A stretch of DNA of 64,000 bases from assembly GCF_003790525.1 (NCBI RefSeq), contig NZ_CP033635.1. One strand, given 5' to 3'. This document shows, one piece after another, positions 35,429 to 46,617 of the stretch. A model generated the notes under the pieces. That model saw only the letters and a list, made by a program, of their open reading frames with translations, made no database searches and was not told where the DNA came from. Numbering within the stretch: the first letter of the stretch is position 1; each line of letters begins with the position of its first letter. A program made the position numbers and the translations under genes. The stretch comes from Escherichia coli. Lineage in GTDB: Bacteria > Pseudomonadota > Gammaproteobacteria > Enterobacterales > Enterobacteriaceae.

Positions 35429-36067
35429 ATGAGTTTATTTGATAAAAAGCATCTGGTTTCCCCCGCCGATGCCCTGCCTGGACGTAACACCCCGATGCCC
35501 GTAGCCACGCTGCATGCGGTCAACGGTCACTCAATGACCAATGTACCTGACGGAATGGAGATTGCCATTTTTGCGATGGGTTGTTTCTGGGGTGTGGAGC
35601 GTCTGTTCTGGCAGTTACCCGGCGTTTACAGCACCGCCGCAGGCTATACCGGCGGCTATACGCCAAATCCGACTTATCGGGAAGTGTGCTCCGGCGATAC
35701 TGGCCATGCCGAAGCGGTGCGCATTGTTTACGATCCATCCGTCATCAGCTATGAGCAGTTGCTACAAGTATTTTGGGAGAATCACGATCCCGCCCAGGGA
35801 ATGCGTCAGGGCAATGACCACGGTACGCAGTATCGTTCAGCGATTTATCCTCTGACCCCAGAACAGGATGCCGCCGCTCGCGCCAGTCTGGAACGTTTTC
35901 AGGCGGCGATGCTTGCCGCCGATGACGATCGTCGCATCACCACGGAAATCGCTAACGCCACACCGTTTTATTATGCCGAAGATGACCACCAGCAATATCT
36001 GCATAAAAACCCGTATGGTTACTGTGGAATTTGCGGAATTGGCGTCTGTCTGCCGCCGGAAGCATAG
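35429..36067 (+). CDS. msrA: Peptide methionine sulfoxide reductase MsrA, 212 aa
   Basis: ORF 35363..36067; ATG at 35429 gives [18 protein letters not shown]...; catalytic GCFWG motif. Confidence 0.95.
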   Translation: MSLFDKKHLVSPADALPGRNTPMPVATLHAVNGHSMTNVPDGMEIAIFAMGCFWGVERLFWQLPGVYSTAAGYTGGYTPNPTYREVCSGDTGHAEAVRIVYDPSVISYEQLLQVFWENHDPAQGMRQGNDHGTQYRSAIYPLTPEQDAAARASLERFQAAMLAADDDRRITTEIANATPFYYAEDDHQQYLHKNPYGYCGICGIGVCLPPEA

Positions 36068-36112
36068 CGTTACGGGTACAAATGTAGATTGTTGATAAAG
36101 TGCTATTTGTCT

Positions 36113-36207
36113 ATGCCGGATGCGGCGTAAACGCCTTACCAGGCCTACAAAATCGTCCAAAATCAATAAATTGTGGGGACTGCGTAGGCCTGTTCGGCAT
36201 AGCGCAT
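36113..36207. repeat. REP elements (BIME) between msrA and ytfL
   Basis: gccggatgcggcgtaaacgccttaccaggcctac ... gtaggcctgttcggcatagcg. Confidence 0.8.
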
Positions 36208-36389
36208 CAGCCAGTTTTTCATTTTTCAGCTGTCTGAATTTTAACCCTCTGGCGGCTTTACAGTACCTTACGCTATACTAGCCACTGAAAATGCCGGTTC
36301 ACTTTCTTCGAATCGGCTTTCAATGTGTATTTCACACAAATTAATCAACTTCCCCTTCCGAGGATCTGGCCTGAAAGGTCGGATAAGAT

Positions 36390-37733
36390 ATGTTAAACAG
36401 TATTTTAGTCATACTCTGTTTGATCGCTGTAAGTGCGTTCTTCTCGATGTCCGAGATCTCGCTTGCCGCCTCACGCAAAATCAAACTTAAACTGCTGGCT
36501 GATGAAGGCAATATAAATGCCCAACGCGTTCTGAATATGCAGGAAAATCCCGGCATGTTCTTTACCGTGGTCCAAATCGGTCTGAACGCAGTGGCGATTC
36601 TCGGCGGTATCGTCGGTGATGCGGCATTTTCTCCAGCTTTTCACAGCCTGTTCTCCCGCTATATGTCGGCAGAACTCTCTGAGCAACTGAGCTTTATTCT
36701 CTCTTTCTCGTTAGTGACTGGCATGTTTATCCTGTTTGCGGATTTAACCCCGAAACGCATCGGTATGATTGCGCCAGAAGCTGTGGCTTTGCGTATCATC
36801 AACCCGATGCGCTTCTGCCTGTACGTTTGCACCCCGCTGGTGTGGTTCTTCAACGGACTGGCGAACATAATCTTCCGTATTTTCAAACTGCCAATGGTAC
36901 GTAAAGATGACATCACTTCTGATGACATCTACGCGGTAGTGGAAGCCGGTGCGCTGGCAGGCGTGTTACGTAAACAGGAACACGAGCTGATTGAAAACGT
37001 CTTTGAGCTGGAATCCCGTACCGTTCCGTCTTCAATGACACCGCGTGAAAACGTGATTTGGTTTGATCTCCACGAAGATGAGCAAAGTCTGAAGAATAAG
37101 GTGGCGGAACATCCGCACTCTAAGTTTCTCGTCTGTAATGAAGATATTGACCACATCATCGGATATGTCGATTCTAAAGACCTGCTGAACCGCGTGCTGG
37201 CTAACCAAAGCCTGGCACTGAACAGCGGCGTACAAATTCGCAACACGCTGATTGTGCCGGATACGTTAACCCTTTCAGAAGCGTTGGAAAGTTTTAAAAC
37301 CGCAGGTGAAGACTTCGCGGTGATCATGAACGAGTACGCGCTGGTAGTGGGGATCATCACCCTCAACGACGTGATGACCACGCTGATGGGCGATCTGGTC
37401 GGTCAGGGGCTGGAAGAGCAGATTGTCGCCCGTGATGAGAACTCATGGCTGATTGACGGCGGCACCCCGATTGACGACGTCATGCGCGTGCTGGATATTG
37501 ACGAGTTCCCGCAGTCGGGCAACTACGAAACCATCGGCGGCTTTATGATGTTTATGCTGCGTAAGATCCCGAAACGCACCGATTCGGTGAAATTCGCCGG
37601 CTACAAATTTGAAGTGGTGGATATCGATAACTACCGTATCGACCAACTGCTGGTGACCCGGATCGACAGCAAGGCCACCGCCCTTTCGCCAAAACTGCCT
37701 GACGCTAAAGATAAAGAAGAAAGCGTCGCGTAA
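36390..37733 (+). CDS. ytfL: UPF0053 inner-membrane protein YtfL (CNNM/CorC-type, DUF21 + CBS + CorC domains), 447 aa
   Basis: ORF MLNSILVILCLIAVSAFFSMSEISLAASRKIKLKLLADEGN... Confidence 0.93.
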   Translation: MLNSILVILCLIAVSAFFSMSEISLAASRKIKLKLLADEGNINAQRVLNMQENPGMFFTVVQIGLNAVAILGGIVGDAAFSPAFHSLFSRYMSAELSEQLSFILSFSLVTGMFILFADLTPKRIGMIAPEAVALRIINPMRFCLYVCTPLVWFFNGLANIIFRIFKLPMVRKDDITSDDIYAVVEAGALAGVLRKQEHELIENVFELESRTVPSSMTPRENVIWFDLHEDEQSLKNKVAEHPHSKFLVCNEDIDHIIGYVDSKDLLNRVLANQSLALNSGVQIRNTLIVPDTLTLSEALESFKTAGEDFAVIMNEYALVVGIITLNDVMTTLMGDLVGQGLEEQIVARDENSWLIDGGTPIDDVMRVLDIDEFPQSGNYETIGGFMMFMLRKIPKRTDSVKFAGYKFEVVDIDNYRIDQLLVTRIDSKATALSPKLPDAKDKEESVA

Positions 37734-37750
37734 CCCCCAGAAACATCAAC

Positions 37751-37769
37751 GGCTCCTGAATCAGGAGCC
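37751..37769. terminator. Bidirectional terminator hairpin between ytfL and ytfK
   Basis: ggctcctga-a-tcaggagcc perfect palindrome between convergent genes. Confidence 0.7.
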
Positions 37770-37794
37770 GTCTTATTACTGCATAGCACTTTGG

Positions 37795-38001
37795 TTAAGC
37801 CATCTCTGTTTGCAGACGCATAACCTGACGGTTAACTTCGGACATCACTGACAAATGCAGCTTATCCTTCACTTTTGGGATAAGAATCTTACCCTTATCA
37901 AATTCAAAAGCGCCAACGTCCTTGATGTATAACCGTCCACGGAACAGGATCTTTACGTACTTCGCCACCTGAAGTGGGTTGTACCGTTGGAAAATTTTCA
38001 T
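37795..38001 (-). CDS. ytfK: Small protein YtfK (DUF1107), 68 aa
   Basis: ORF 37795..38067; ATG at 37999-38001 gives [68 protein letters not shown]. Confidence 0.88.
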
Positions 38002-38325
38002 TGTTATCTCCTGCTGAGTATTACGCCTGTGCGGTGCCACAATCGGCCCAACGATTATGAGGCGCAAATTTTAATGCCTAGTGACTATAGACTATCCGGG
38101 CAATGTTTCCACCGCGTATAACTTTTTTTACCTAAAGGTTACAATTATTCAGAATTATCTTTTTACCGAAGCGCGGTCTTCAGTATAAGCATTCATTTTT
38201 CATATGATTTGTGCGCTTGACCGCAAACTGGCATCACACTTGCGGGAAATTCGATAAATAGCACATATGATTAAAACTCAGACCCAAGTGGTCGGATCAC
38301 CTGCATATCATAAGAAGGAAACACC

Positions 38326-38883
38326 ATGACCCTACGCAAGATTCTGGCACTCACCTGCCTGCTGTTGCCGATGATGGCTTCCGCACATCAGTTCGAAACC
38401 GGTCAGCGAGTGCCGCCGATTGGCATCACCGATCGTGGCGAGTTGGTGCTTGATAAAGATCAGTTTAGCTACAAAACCTGGAACAGCGCGCAGTTAGTGG
38501 GAAAAGTGCGAGTACTGCAACATATTGCTGGTCGCACCTCTGCAAAAGAGAAAAACGCGACGCTGATTGAAGCGATTAAATCAGCAAAGTTACCGCACGA
38601 TCGTTACCAGACCACCACCATTGTTAACACCGACGACGCAATTCCGGGTTCCGGCATGTTTGTGCGCAGCAGTCTGGAGAGTAATAAAAAGCTTTATCCC
38701 TGGTCGCAGTTTATTGTTGATAGCAATGGCGTCGCACGCGGTGCCTGGCAGCTGGATGAAAAAAGTTCCGCTGTAGTGGTGCTGGATAAAGACGGTCGCG
38801 TGCAATGGGCCAAAGACGGGGCGCTTACTCAGGAAGAGGTGCAGCAAGTGATGGACCTGCTGCATAAATTAATTAATAAATAG
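38326..38883 (+). CDS. ytfJ: Periplasmic protein YtfJ, 185 aa
   Basis: [37 protein letters not shown]... (signal peptide). Confidence 0.9.
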   Translation: MTLRKILALTCLLLPMMASAHQFETGQRVPPIGITDRGELVLDKDQFSYKTWNSAQLVGKVRVLQHIAGRTSAKEKNATLIEAIKSAKLPHDRYQTTTIVNTDDAIPGSGMFVRSSLESNKKLYPWSQFIVDSNGVARGAWQLDEKSSAVVVLDKDGRVQWAKDGALTQEEVQQVMDLLHKLINK

Positions 38884-39613
38884 ACACTCTGAACCCCGGA
38901 TTCAGGAACGACTCGCGCGGAGTGTAATCCAGCGGTTTACCCTGCCAGTCGTGAACGTGCGCTCCGGCAGCCGCAGCCACAGCATGACCAGCGGCGGTAT
39001 CCCAAATATTCGTTGGCCCGAAACGCGGGTACAGCTGCGCCTGTCCTTCCGCCACCAGGCAGAATTTCAGCGAAGAGCCGATGGACGTGGTCTGATGTTC
39101 GCCAAGCTGTTGCAGATACTCTTTCAGCTCCGCATCTGCATGGGAACGGCTGATCACCACCAGCGGCGGGCGCGCATCGCGGACCTGAATCTGCTTGCGC
39201 ACACCGCACTCTTCTTTCCAGGCTTTGCCTTCTGCCGCGCTGTACATTACGTTCATTACCGGCGCATACACCACACCTAAAATCGGTTTGCCGTGGTCGA
39301 TGAGCGCAATGTTAACGGTGAATTCGCCATTACGTTTAATAAACTCTTTAGTACCATCCAGCGGGTCTACCAGCCAGTAACGCTGCCAGTGCTGACGGAC
39401 TTCCCAACCGGGAGGATCTTCTTCAGAAAGGACCGGAATATCCGGTGTCAGCGTACGTAAACCGTCCATGATAACGGTGTGTGCGGCAATATCCGCTGCC
39501 GTTACCGGAGAATTGTCCGCTTTGCTGACGACGTCCATCGGTTTCGTCCCGTCGTAGACCTGCATAATGGCATCGCCTGCATTCCGTGCAAGCTGGCATA
39601 CTTGATCTAACAT
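38873..39613 (-). CDS. cysQ: 3'(2'),5'-bisphosphate nucleotidase CysQ, 246 aa
   Basis: [25 protein letters not shown]...; inositol-monophosphatase-family motifs (DPLDGT, WDTAAG). Confidence 0.95.
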   Translation of the reverse strand: MLDQVCQLARNAGDAIMQVYDGTKPMDVVSKADNSPVTAADIAAHTVIMDGLRTLTPDIPVLSEEDPPGWEVRQHWQRYWLVDPLDGTKEFIKRNGEFTVNIALIDHGKPILGVVYAPVMNVMYSAAEGKAWKEECGVRKQIQVRDARPPLVVISRSHADAELKEYLQQLGEHQTTSIGSSLKFCLVAEGQAQLYPRFGPTNIWDTAAGHAVAAAAGAHVHDWQGKPLDYTPRESFLNPGFRVSIY

Positions 39614-39802
39614 TTCTCCACCTCGTCTCTGTGAGCGGTGTTAACTTATTGTTTTACTTATACCCTATCGTTAATGAATGCGCCAACTGTGATAGTGTCA
39701 TCATTTTCAAAGCGTAAAATTGTGGCATTCTTCACTGTTCTATAAGTAATACGTTTATTCTCCCTTTTCTTTCGTATTCCCGATGATAAAAGGATGTCCC
39801 TG

Positions 39803-41746
39803 ATGATTAAGTTTAGCGCAACGCTCCTGGCCACGCTGATTGCCGCCAGTGTGAATGCAGCGACGGTCGATCTGCGTATCATGGAAACCACTGATCTGCA
39901 TAGCAACATGATGGATTTCGATTATTACAAAGACACCGCCACGGAAAAATTCGGACTGGTACGTACGGCAAGCCTGATTAATGATGCCCGCAATGAAGTG
40001 AAAAACAGCGTACTGGTCGATAACGGCGATTTGATTCAGGGGAGTCCGCTGGCAGATTACATGTCGGCGAAAGGATTAAAAGCAGGTGATATTCACCCGG
40101 TCTATAAGGCATTAAATACGCTGGACTATACCGTCGGCACGCTTGGCAACCATGAGTTTAACTACGGTCTGGATTACCTGAAAAATGCGCTGGCGGGAGC
40201 GAAATTCCCTTATGTAAATGCCAACGTCATTGACGCCAGAACCAAACAGCCAATGTTTACACCGTATTTAATTAAAGACACCGAAGTGGTCGATAAAGAC
40301 GGAAAAAAACAGACGCTGAAGATTGGCTATATTGGCGTCGTACCGCCGCAAATCATGGGCTGGGATAAAGCTAATTTATCCGGGAAAGTGACGGTGAATG
40401 ATATTACCGAAACCGTGCGCAAATACGTGCCTGAAATGCGCGAGAAAGGTGCCGATGTCGTTGTCGTTCTGGCGCATTCCGGGCTGTCTGCCGATCCGTA
40501 TAAAGTGATGGCGGAAAACTCAGTTTATTACCTCAGTGAAATTCCGGGCGTTAACGCCATTATGTTTGGCCATGCTCACGCCGTTTTCCCGGGTAAAGAT
40601 TTTGCTGATATCGAAGGAGCTGATATCGCGAAAGGCACGCTGAATGGTGTTCCGGCGGTAATGCCAGGCATGTGGGGCGATCATCTTGGTGTGGTCGACT
40701 TACAACTCAGTAATGACAGCGGTAAATGGCAGGTAACACAGGCGAAAGCGGAAGCACGACCGATTTACGACATCGCTAATAAAAAATCCCTCGCGGCGGA
40801 AGACAGCAAGCTGGTAGAAACACTCAAAGCCGATCACGATGCCACACGCCAGTTCGTCAGCAAGCCAATCGGTAAATCTGCCGACAATATGTATAGCTAT
40901 CTGGCACTGGTGCAGGACGATCCGACCGTGCAGGTGGTGAACAACGCGCAAAAAGCGTATGTCGAGCATTACATTCAGGGCGATCCGGATCTGGCAAAAC
41001 TGCCAGTGCTTTCAGCTGCCGCACCGTTTAAAGTTGGTGGTCGCAAAAATGACCCGGCAAGCTATGTGGAGGTGGAAAAAGGTCAGCTGACTTTCCGTAA
41101 TGCCGCCGATCTTTATCTCTACCCCAATACGCTGATTGTGGTGAAAGCCAGCGGTAAAGAGGTGAAAGAGTGGCTGGAATGCTCTGCCGGACAGTTTAAC
41201 CAGATTGATCCTAACAGCACGAAACCACAGTCACTCATTAACTGGGATGGTTTCCGCACTTATAACTTTGATGTGATTGATGGTGTGAATTATCAGATTG
41301 ATGTTACCCAGCCCGCCCGTTATGACGGCGAGTGCCAGATGATTAATGCCAATGCGGAAAGGATTAAGAACCTGACCTTTAACGGCAAGCCGATTGATCC
41401 GAACGCCATGTTCCTCGTTGCCACCAATAACTATCGCGCTTACGGCGGCAAATTTGCCGGTACGGGCGACAGCCATATCGCTTTTGCTTCACCGGATGAG
41501 AACCGCTCGGTGCTGGCAGCGTGGATTGCTGATGAGTCGAAACGTGCGGGGGAAATTCACCCGGCGGCAGATAACAACTGGCGTTTAGCACCGATAGCCG
41601 GCGATAAGAAACTGGATATCCGTTTCGAAACCTCTCCGTCAGATAAAGCCGCAGCGTTTATTAAAGAAAAAGGGCAGTATCCGATGAATAAAGTCGCGAC
41701 CGATGATATCGGGTTTGCAATTTATCAGGTGGATCTGAGTAAGTAA
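39803..41746 (+). CDS. cpdB: 2',3'-cyclic-nucleotide 2'-phosphodiesterase / 3'-nucleotidase CpdB, 647 aa
   Basis: ORF 39794..41746; start at [35 protein letters not shown]...; calcineurin-like plus 5'-nucleotidase C-terminal domains. Confidence 0.95.
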
Positions 41747-41778
41747 TACACTTCTTTTTCGGCCTGCAAATCATCAAC

Positions 41779-41872
41779 CGCATCCGGCATTTATTGGCGG
41801 ATGCGATGCTGACGCATCTTATCCGCCCTACAAGCCATGAACCTTAGTCCGGATAAGCGCAGCGCATCCGGC
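41779..41872. repeat. REP/BIME between cpdB and ytfH
   Basis: catccggcatttattggcggatgcg ... tccggataagcgcagcgcatccggca. Confidence 0.8.
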
Positions 41873-41874
41873 AG

Positions 41875-42255
41875 TTATGCCGCACGTTCATCCCGCACCG
41901 CTAACACCTCGGGCAAATTCAACTCAATCCAGTCCGCCAGTGCAGCAACCTTTTCGCTCACCTGCTCGCCCAGCGGCGTGAGGCTATATTCCACATGCGG
42001 CGGCACCACCGGATACGCGATACGGTTAAGAAAACCATCCTGTTCTAATGCCTGTAACGACTGCGCAAGCATCTTTTCACTCACCCCGCCCATTTTGCGC
42101 CGCAGGTCGCTAAAGCGATGAGTACCTTCGCGTAGCGCCACCAGAATCAACACCCCCCAACGGCTGGTGACGTGTTTCAACACCTCGCGCGACGGGCACT
42201 GTTCGGCGAAGAGGTTACCCTCTTTCAGTTGTTGCGACAGGCTAACCTGACTCAT
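41875..42255 (-). CDS. ytfH: HxlR-family transcriptional regulator YtfH, 126 aa
   Basis: ORF 41875..42345; ATG at 42253-42255 gives MSQVSLSQQLKEGNLFAEQCPSREVLKHVTSRWGVLILVAL... Confidence 0.9.
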   Translation of the reverse strand: MSQVSLSQQLKEGNLFAEQCPSREVLKHVTSRWGVLILVALREGTHRFSDLRRKMGGVSEKMLAQSLQALEQDGFLNRIAYPVVPPHVEYSLTPLGEQVSEKVAALADWIELNLPEVLAVRDERAA

Positions 42256-42278
42256 TTCATACTTACCTTTTTGTACGT

Positions 42279-42295
42279 ACTTACTAAAAGTAAGT
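42279..42295. promoter_or_regulatory. Candidate YtfH operator in the ytfH-qorB divergent region
   Basis: acttact-aaa-agtaagt perfect 7-3-7 inverted repeat, adjacent to a gtacgtac palindrome. Confidence 0.5.
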
Positions 42296-42343
42296 TTAGG
42301 TGGTAGCGTATTTAAACACAAGACAAACCGATGGAGGCTTCCC

Positions 42344-43204
42344 ATGATCGCAATTACCGGCGCAACCGGCCAACTTGGTCACTATGTTATTGAATCCTTG
42401 ATGAAAACGGTTCCTGCCAGCCAAATAGTGGCTATCGTTCGTAATCCGGCAAAAGCCCAGGCACTGACAGCACAAGGCATTACCGTGCGTCAGGCTGATT
42501 ACGGCGATGAAGCCGCACTGACATCTGCGCTTCAGGGAGTGGAAAAACTACTGCTGATCTCTTCCAGCGAAGTGGGTCAACGTGCCCCGCAGCATCGTAA
42601 TGTTATTAATGCCGCAAAGGCGGCTGGTGTGAAATTTATCGCTTATACCAGTCTGCTTCACGCGGATAAATCTCCGCTCGGCCTCGCCGATGAGCACATT
42701 GAGACGGAGAAAATGTTGGCTGATTCTGGCATCGTTTACACCCTGCTGCGCAACGGCTGGTACAGCGAAAACTACCTCGCCAGCGCCCCGGCAGCACTGA
42801 AACACGGCGTATTTATCGGTGCGGCGGGCGATGGCAAAATCGCCTCAGCAACGCGGGCAGATTATGCGGCAGCTGCGGCACGCGTGATTAGCGAAGCAGG
42901 TCACGAAGGCAAGGTTTATGAACTGGCAGGTGATAGCGCCTGGACACTGACACAGTTAGCGGCGGAACTCACCAAACAGAGCGGCAAACAGGTTACCTAT
43001 CAAAATCTGAGTGAAGCTGATTTCGCCGCGGCACTGAAAAGCGTCGGACTGCCTGACGGACTGGCGGATATGCTGGCGGATTCTGACGTTGGCGCATCGA
43101 AAGGTGGTCTGTTTGATAACAGCAAAACGCTTAGCAAATTGATTGGCCGCCCAACGACAACGTTAGCCGAAAGCGTAAGCCATCTTTTTAATGTTAATAA
43201 CTAG
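42344..43204 (+). CDS. qorB: NAD(P)H:quinone oxidoreductase QorB (YtfG), NmrA-like, 286 aa
   Basis: ORF MIAITGATGQLGHYVIESLMKTVPASQIVAIVRNPAKAQALTAQGITVRQADY... Confidence 0.93.
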   Translation: MIAITGATGQLGHYVIESLMKTVPASQIVAIVRNPAKAQALTAQGITVRQADYGDEAALTSALQGVEKLLLISSSEVGQRAPQHRNVINAAKAAGVKFIAYTSLLHADKSPLGLADEHIETEKMLADSGIVYTLLRNGWYSENYLASAPAALKHGVFIGAAGDGKIASATRADYAAAAARVISEAGHEGKVYELAGDSAWTLTQLAAELTKQSGKQVTYQNLSEADFAAALKSVGLPDGLADMLADSDVGASKGGLFDNSKTLSKLIGRPTTTLAESVSHLFNVNN

Positions 43205-43311
43205 TTAATTAAAGTGGCATCCTCCCGCATCCTCTCTGATAATGACGGGATGCCGGGAGCAATCATGTCTGCTTCCTGAACTTTCTTCTGACAGATCAAT
43301 GGATGCCAGTA

Positions 43312-44277
43312 ATGATTAGCGGCGTGCTGTACGCCCTATTAGCAGGGTTGATGTGGGGGCTTATTTTTGTCGGGCCGTTGATCGTGCCGGAATACCCGGC
43401 GATGTTGCAGTCGATGGGGCGTTATCTGGCGTTAGGGTTAATTGCGCTACCCATTGCCTGGCTGGGACGCGTGCGTCTGCGTCAGTTGGCGCGTCGCGAC
43501 TGGCTTACCGCCTTGATGCTCACTATGATGGGCAACCTCATCTATTACTTCTGCCTTGCCAGTGCCATTCAACGTACTGGCGCGCCTGTTTCCACGATGA
43601 TTATCGGCACCCTGCCGGTGGTGATTCCCGTTTTTGCCAATCTGCTTTATAGCCAGCGCGACGGCAAACTCGCGTGGGGAAAACTCGCCCCGGCACTGAT
43701 TTGTATTGGCATCGGCCTGGCGTGTGTGAATATTGCTGAGTTAAACCACGGACTCCCCGATTTTGACTGGGCACGTTATACCTCAGGCATCGTGCTAGCG
43801 TTAGTTTCCGTGGTCTGCTGGGCATGGTATGCCCTGCGCAACGCCCGCTGGCTGCGGGAAAATCCCGACAAACATCCAATGATGTGGGCGACGGCGCAGG
43901 CGCTGGTCACGCTGCCGGTTTCTCTCATCGGCTATCTCGTCGCCTGTTACTGGCTGAATATGCAAACGCCGGACTTCTCCTTACCCTTTGGCCCCCGTCC
44001 GCTGGTGTTTATTAGTCTGATGGTTGCGATAGCCGTGCTTTGCTCATGGGTTGGCGCACTCTGCTGGAACGTCGCCAGCCAGCGATTACCGACAGTGATT
44101 CTCGGGCCGCTGATTGTTTTCGAAACGCTGGCAGGTTTGCTGTACACCTTTTTACTCCGCCAGCAAATGCCGCCGCTAATGACGCTGAGCGGTATCGCGC
44201 TGTTAGTGATTGGCGTGGTCATCGCGGTCAGAGCAAAACCAGAAAAACCTTTAACTGAATCTGTCTCAGAAAGTTGA
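43312..44277 (+). CDS. ytfF: EamA/DMT-family inner-membrane transporter YtfF (about 321 aa)
   Basis: ORF 43303..44277; polytopic membrane protein; start taken at MISGVLYALLAG. Confidence 0.88.
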   Translation: MISGVLYALLAGLMWGLIFVGPLIVPEYPAMLQSMGRYLALGLIALPIAWLGRVRLRQLARRDWLTALMLTMMGNLIYYFCLASAIQRTGAPVSTMIIGTLPVVIPVFANLLYSQRDGKLAWGKLAPALICIGIGLACVNIAELNHGLPDFDWARYTSGIVLALVSVVCWAWYALRNARWLRENPDKHPMMWATAQALVTLPVSLIGYLVACYWLNMQTPDFSLPFGPRPLVFISLMVAIAVLCSWVGALCWNVASQRLPTVILGPLIVFETLAGLLYTFLLRQQMPPLMTLSGIALLVIGVVIAVRAKPEKPLTESVSES

Positions 44278-44335
44278 CACGCTGGCAGTGAGTTAAATAA
44301 GCCTCTGCTACGTAAGGGTTATAGCTTTTGCCTTA

Positions 44336-44358
44336 AAGATGCATTTAAAATGCATCTT
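44336..44358. promoter_or_regulatory. NsrR-type operator upstream of ytfE
   Basis: aagatgcattt-a-aaatgcatctt perfect palindrome 27 bp upstream of the ytfE start. Confidence 0.85.
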
Positions 44359-44384
44359 ATCTTATTAAGAATGAGGTATCAGCT

Positions 44385-45047
44385 ATGGCTTATCGCGACC
44401 AACCTTTAGGTGAACTGGCGCTCTCTATTCCTCGCGCTTCGGCTCTGTTTCGTAAATATGATATGGATTACTGCTGTGGCGGTAAGCAGACGCTGGCGCG
44501 CGCGGCGGCACGTAAAGAACTGGATGTTGACGTCATTGAAGCCGAACTGGCAAAGCTTGCTGAACAACCGATTGAGAAAGACTGGCGTAGCGCCCCGCTG
44601 GCGGAAATCATCGACCACATTATTGTGCGCTATCACGATCGCCATCGCGAGCAGCTGCCGGAGCTGATCCTGCAAGCGACTAAAGTCGAGCGCGTTCACG
44701 CCGACAAACCAAGTGTGCCAAAAGGGCTGACAAAATACCTGACTATGCTGCATGAAGAGCTTTCCAGCCATATGATGAAAGAAGAGCAAATTCTCTTCCC
44801 GATGATCAAACAAGGCATGGGCAGCCAGGCAATGGGGCCAATCAGCGTAATGGAAAGCGAGCACGATGAAGCGGGCGAACTGCTGGAAGTGATCAAACAC
44901 ACCACCAATAACGTCACACCGCCGCCGGAAGCCTGCACCACCTGGAAAGCGATGTATAACGGCATTAATGAACTGATTGATGACCTGATGGAGCACATCA
45001 GTCTGGAAAACAATGTACTATTCCCGCGCGCGCTGGCGGGTGAGTGA
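44385..45047 (+). CDS. ytfE: Iron-sulfur cluster repair di-iron protein YtfE (RIC), 220 aa
   Basis: [50 protein letters not shown]... Confidence 0.95.
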   Translation: MAYRDQPLGELALSIPRASALFRKYDMDYCCGGKQTLARAAARKELDVDVIEAELAKLAEQPIEKDWRSAPLAEIIDHIIVRYHDRHREQLPELILQATKVERVHADKPSVPKGLTKYLTMLHEELSSHMMKEEQILFPMIKQGMGSQAMGPISVMESEHDEAGELLEVIKHTTNNVTPPPEACTTWKAMYNGINELIDDLMEHISLENNVLFPRALAGE

Positions 45048-45055
45048 TTTGTTCG

Positions 45056-45090
45056 ATCAACGATCCTGACATGGGCAGGATCGTTGATTA
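45056..45090. terminator. Bidirectional terminator hairpin between ytfE and the downstream convergent gene
   Basis: atcaacgatcctg-acatggg-caggatcgttgat (13-bp perfect stem). Confidence 0.7.
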
Positions 45091-45091
45091 T

Positions 45092-46585
45092 TCAGTCATT
45101 CAGTGGAAGTAATTCATTGTTGTAACTGGTGTACTTACCTTCAACGGTAAGCAAACTGCCGTTTTTATCAAGATGCGCCGCATCGAGTTGTCGAGTCTCA
45201 TTACGCCGCTTCGCATCACGTACCAGCCCATCGCCTACGTAATAAATATAGTGGTCATCATGAGCAAAGGTATCTGATAATTGACCATTGGCGTATTTAA
45301 ACCACGTCCATTGGCCTTTCAGTTCAAAATGCTCAACCGTGTCTTCATCAATAAAATACGTATAGCGATCGTCATGTGCTAAATAATTTAATGGTGTGCC
45401 ATCGGGGCTTTTATACCACTGCCATTGCCCATTAATATCAAAAATAGTCACATCATCGCGCGCGATGAAATAAATTTTGTTCCCTACAACATTAGCACCT
45501 TTCTGTAATTCTTGTTGTGGGTCTGGTAAATGTATGACCGACAGCGTTTTTTCGACCGCAGATATATATTTCACCAGATAGAGCGAATCTTTATATTGCG
45601 CCACATTCTCCGTCAGCGGGCGAAAATATTCCGGATCAACATCAGGAATTGTCGCAACCCGGCAGTCATTAGCACGCCTGGAAGCATCACGCGTCATCCA
45701 GGTTACTTTATCCCGCTGTAGGTCAAATATACTTCGGCAGTTTTTACCGAACGCATAACGTTTCTCCCCGTCTTTATCGCGATAAATTAGCAGTGAACCG
45801 GCTATCCAGCGCACAATATGAAAGGTATCCGGATCGGCGTTGATGGCATCTCCATTCACAAAGACCTGCGATTTAGTCCGCCAGATTGTATCCCAGGGTC
45901 CCGGATTACTTTTGCTTTCGCAGCTATTAGGTGAATAAATAATGGGACGACGTGTCCAGGGTTTAATGTCAAGAATAGAATACCCTTGCGCACTACCTAA
46001 CCAGCGCCCCTGAAAGTAAAGATTGCGACGATCTTTCAGCACATCCGCGGAATCAAGTGAATTCATCCTTCCCCCCACCTGTTGCAGCGAATCCATATCG
46101 ACCTGCTTTTCGCCGTGATTATCATCCGTGCGTTCGCCATCAAAATAGAGGCTGTCTTTATCGGCAGCAAAACGCCCCCATGCGCGGAATGTTGCGGCAT
46201 CGACTTTCGGTGTTCCCGGCGGGTTCTGAACTATTTTCCCTGCCCATAAAATATGGCGGCCATCAGTCAACCAGTCGAAACGCCAACCACCGTTGGTTCT
46301 GATATAAGCGCCACCATCCACCCGCACAAAATCATTATTGATATCATCAGGAGAATCATATTCATCATCAGTGCCGTCAGATACACGGCGCAGTTGTTTG
46401 AACCTCACCTGCGGTAAATGAATATCCGGAAAATAGAGTCCGTAACCATCGCTATCTTCAACAATATATTTTGTTCCTTGCCCCCACGGTTGGTAATAAA
46501 AAGAGGCAGATGGTACGCCGGAGCAGGCTATTGAATTGAGTGAAAATAAAGCCAGTGCGAGACAAACGGGTTTAATTGGTAACAT
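45092..46585 (-). CDS. Secreted repeat protein, paralogue A (497 aa), DKNYY-like repeats; function unknown
   Basis: ORF with N-terminal hydrophobic signal-like segment MLPIKPVCLALALFSLNSIAC; repeated motifs (GKIVQNPPGTPKVDAATF, DKDSLYFDGERTDD, VNGDAINADPDTFHIVRW, KIYFIARDD, YTYFIDED, YIYYVGDG); clearly paralogous to the adjacent ORF. Confidence 0.75.
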   Translation of the reverse strand: MLPIKPVCLALALFSLNSIACSGVPSASFYYQPWGQGTKYIVEDSDGYGLYFPDIHLPQVRFKQLRRVSDGTDDEYDSPDDINNDFVRVDGGAYIRTNGGWRFDWLTDGRHILWAGKIVQNPPGTPKVDAATFRAWGRFAADKDSLYFDGERTDDNHGEKQVDMDSLQQVGGRMNSLDSADVLKDRRNLYFQGRWLGSAQGYSILDIKPWTRRPIIYSPNSCESKSNPGPWDTIWRTKSQVFVNGDAINADPDTFHIVRWIAGSLLIYRDKDGEKRYAFGKNCRSIFDLQRDKVTWMTRDASRRANDCRVATIPDVDPEYFRPLTENVAQYKDSLYLVKYISAVEKTLSVIHLPDPQQELQKGANVVGNKIYFIARDDVTIFDINGQWQWYKSPDGTPLNYLAHDDRYTYFIDEDTVEHFELKGQWTWFKYANGQLSDTFAHDDHYIYYVGDGLVRDAKRRNETRQLDAAHLDKNGSLLTVEGKYTSYNNELLPLND

Positions 46586-46617
46586 AGCGTCATCCTGATG
46601 CTGTTAGCGTGAATAGG

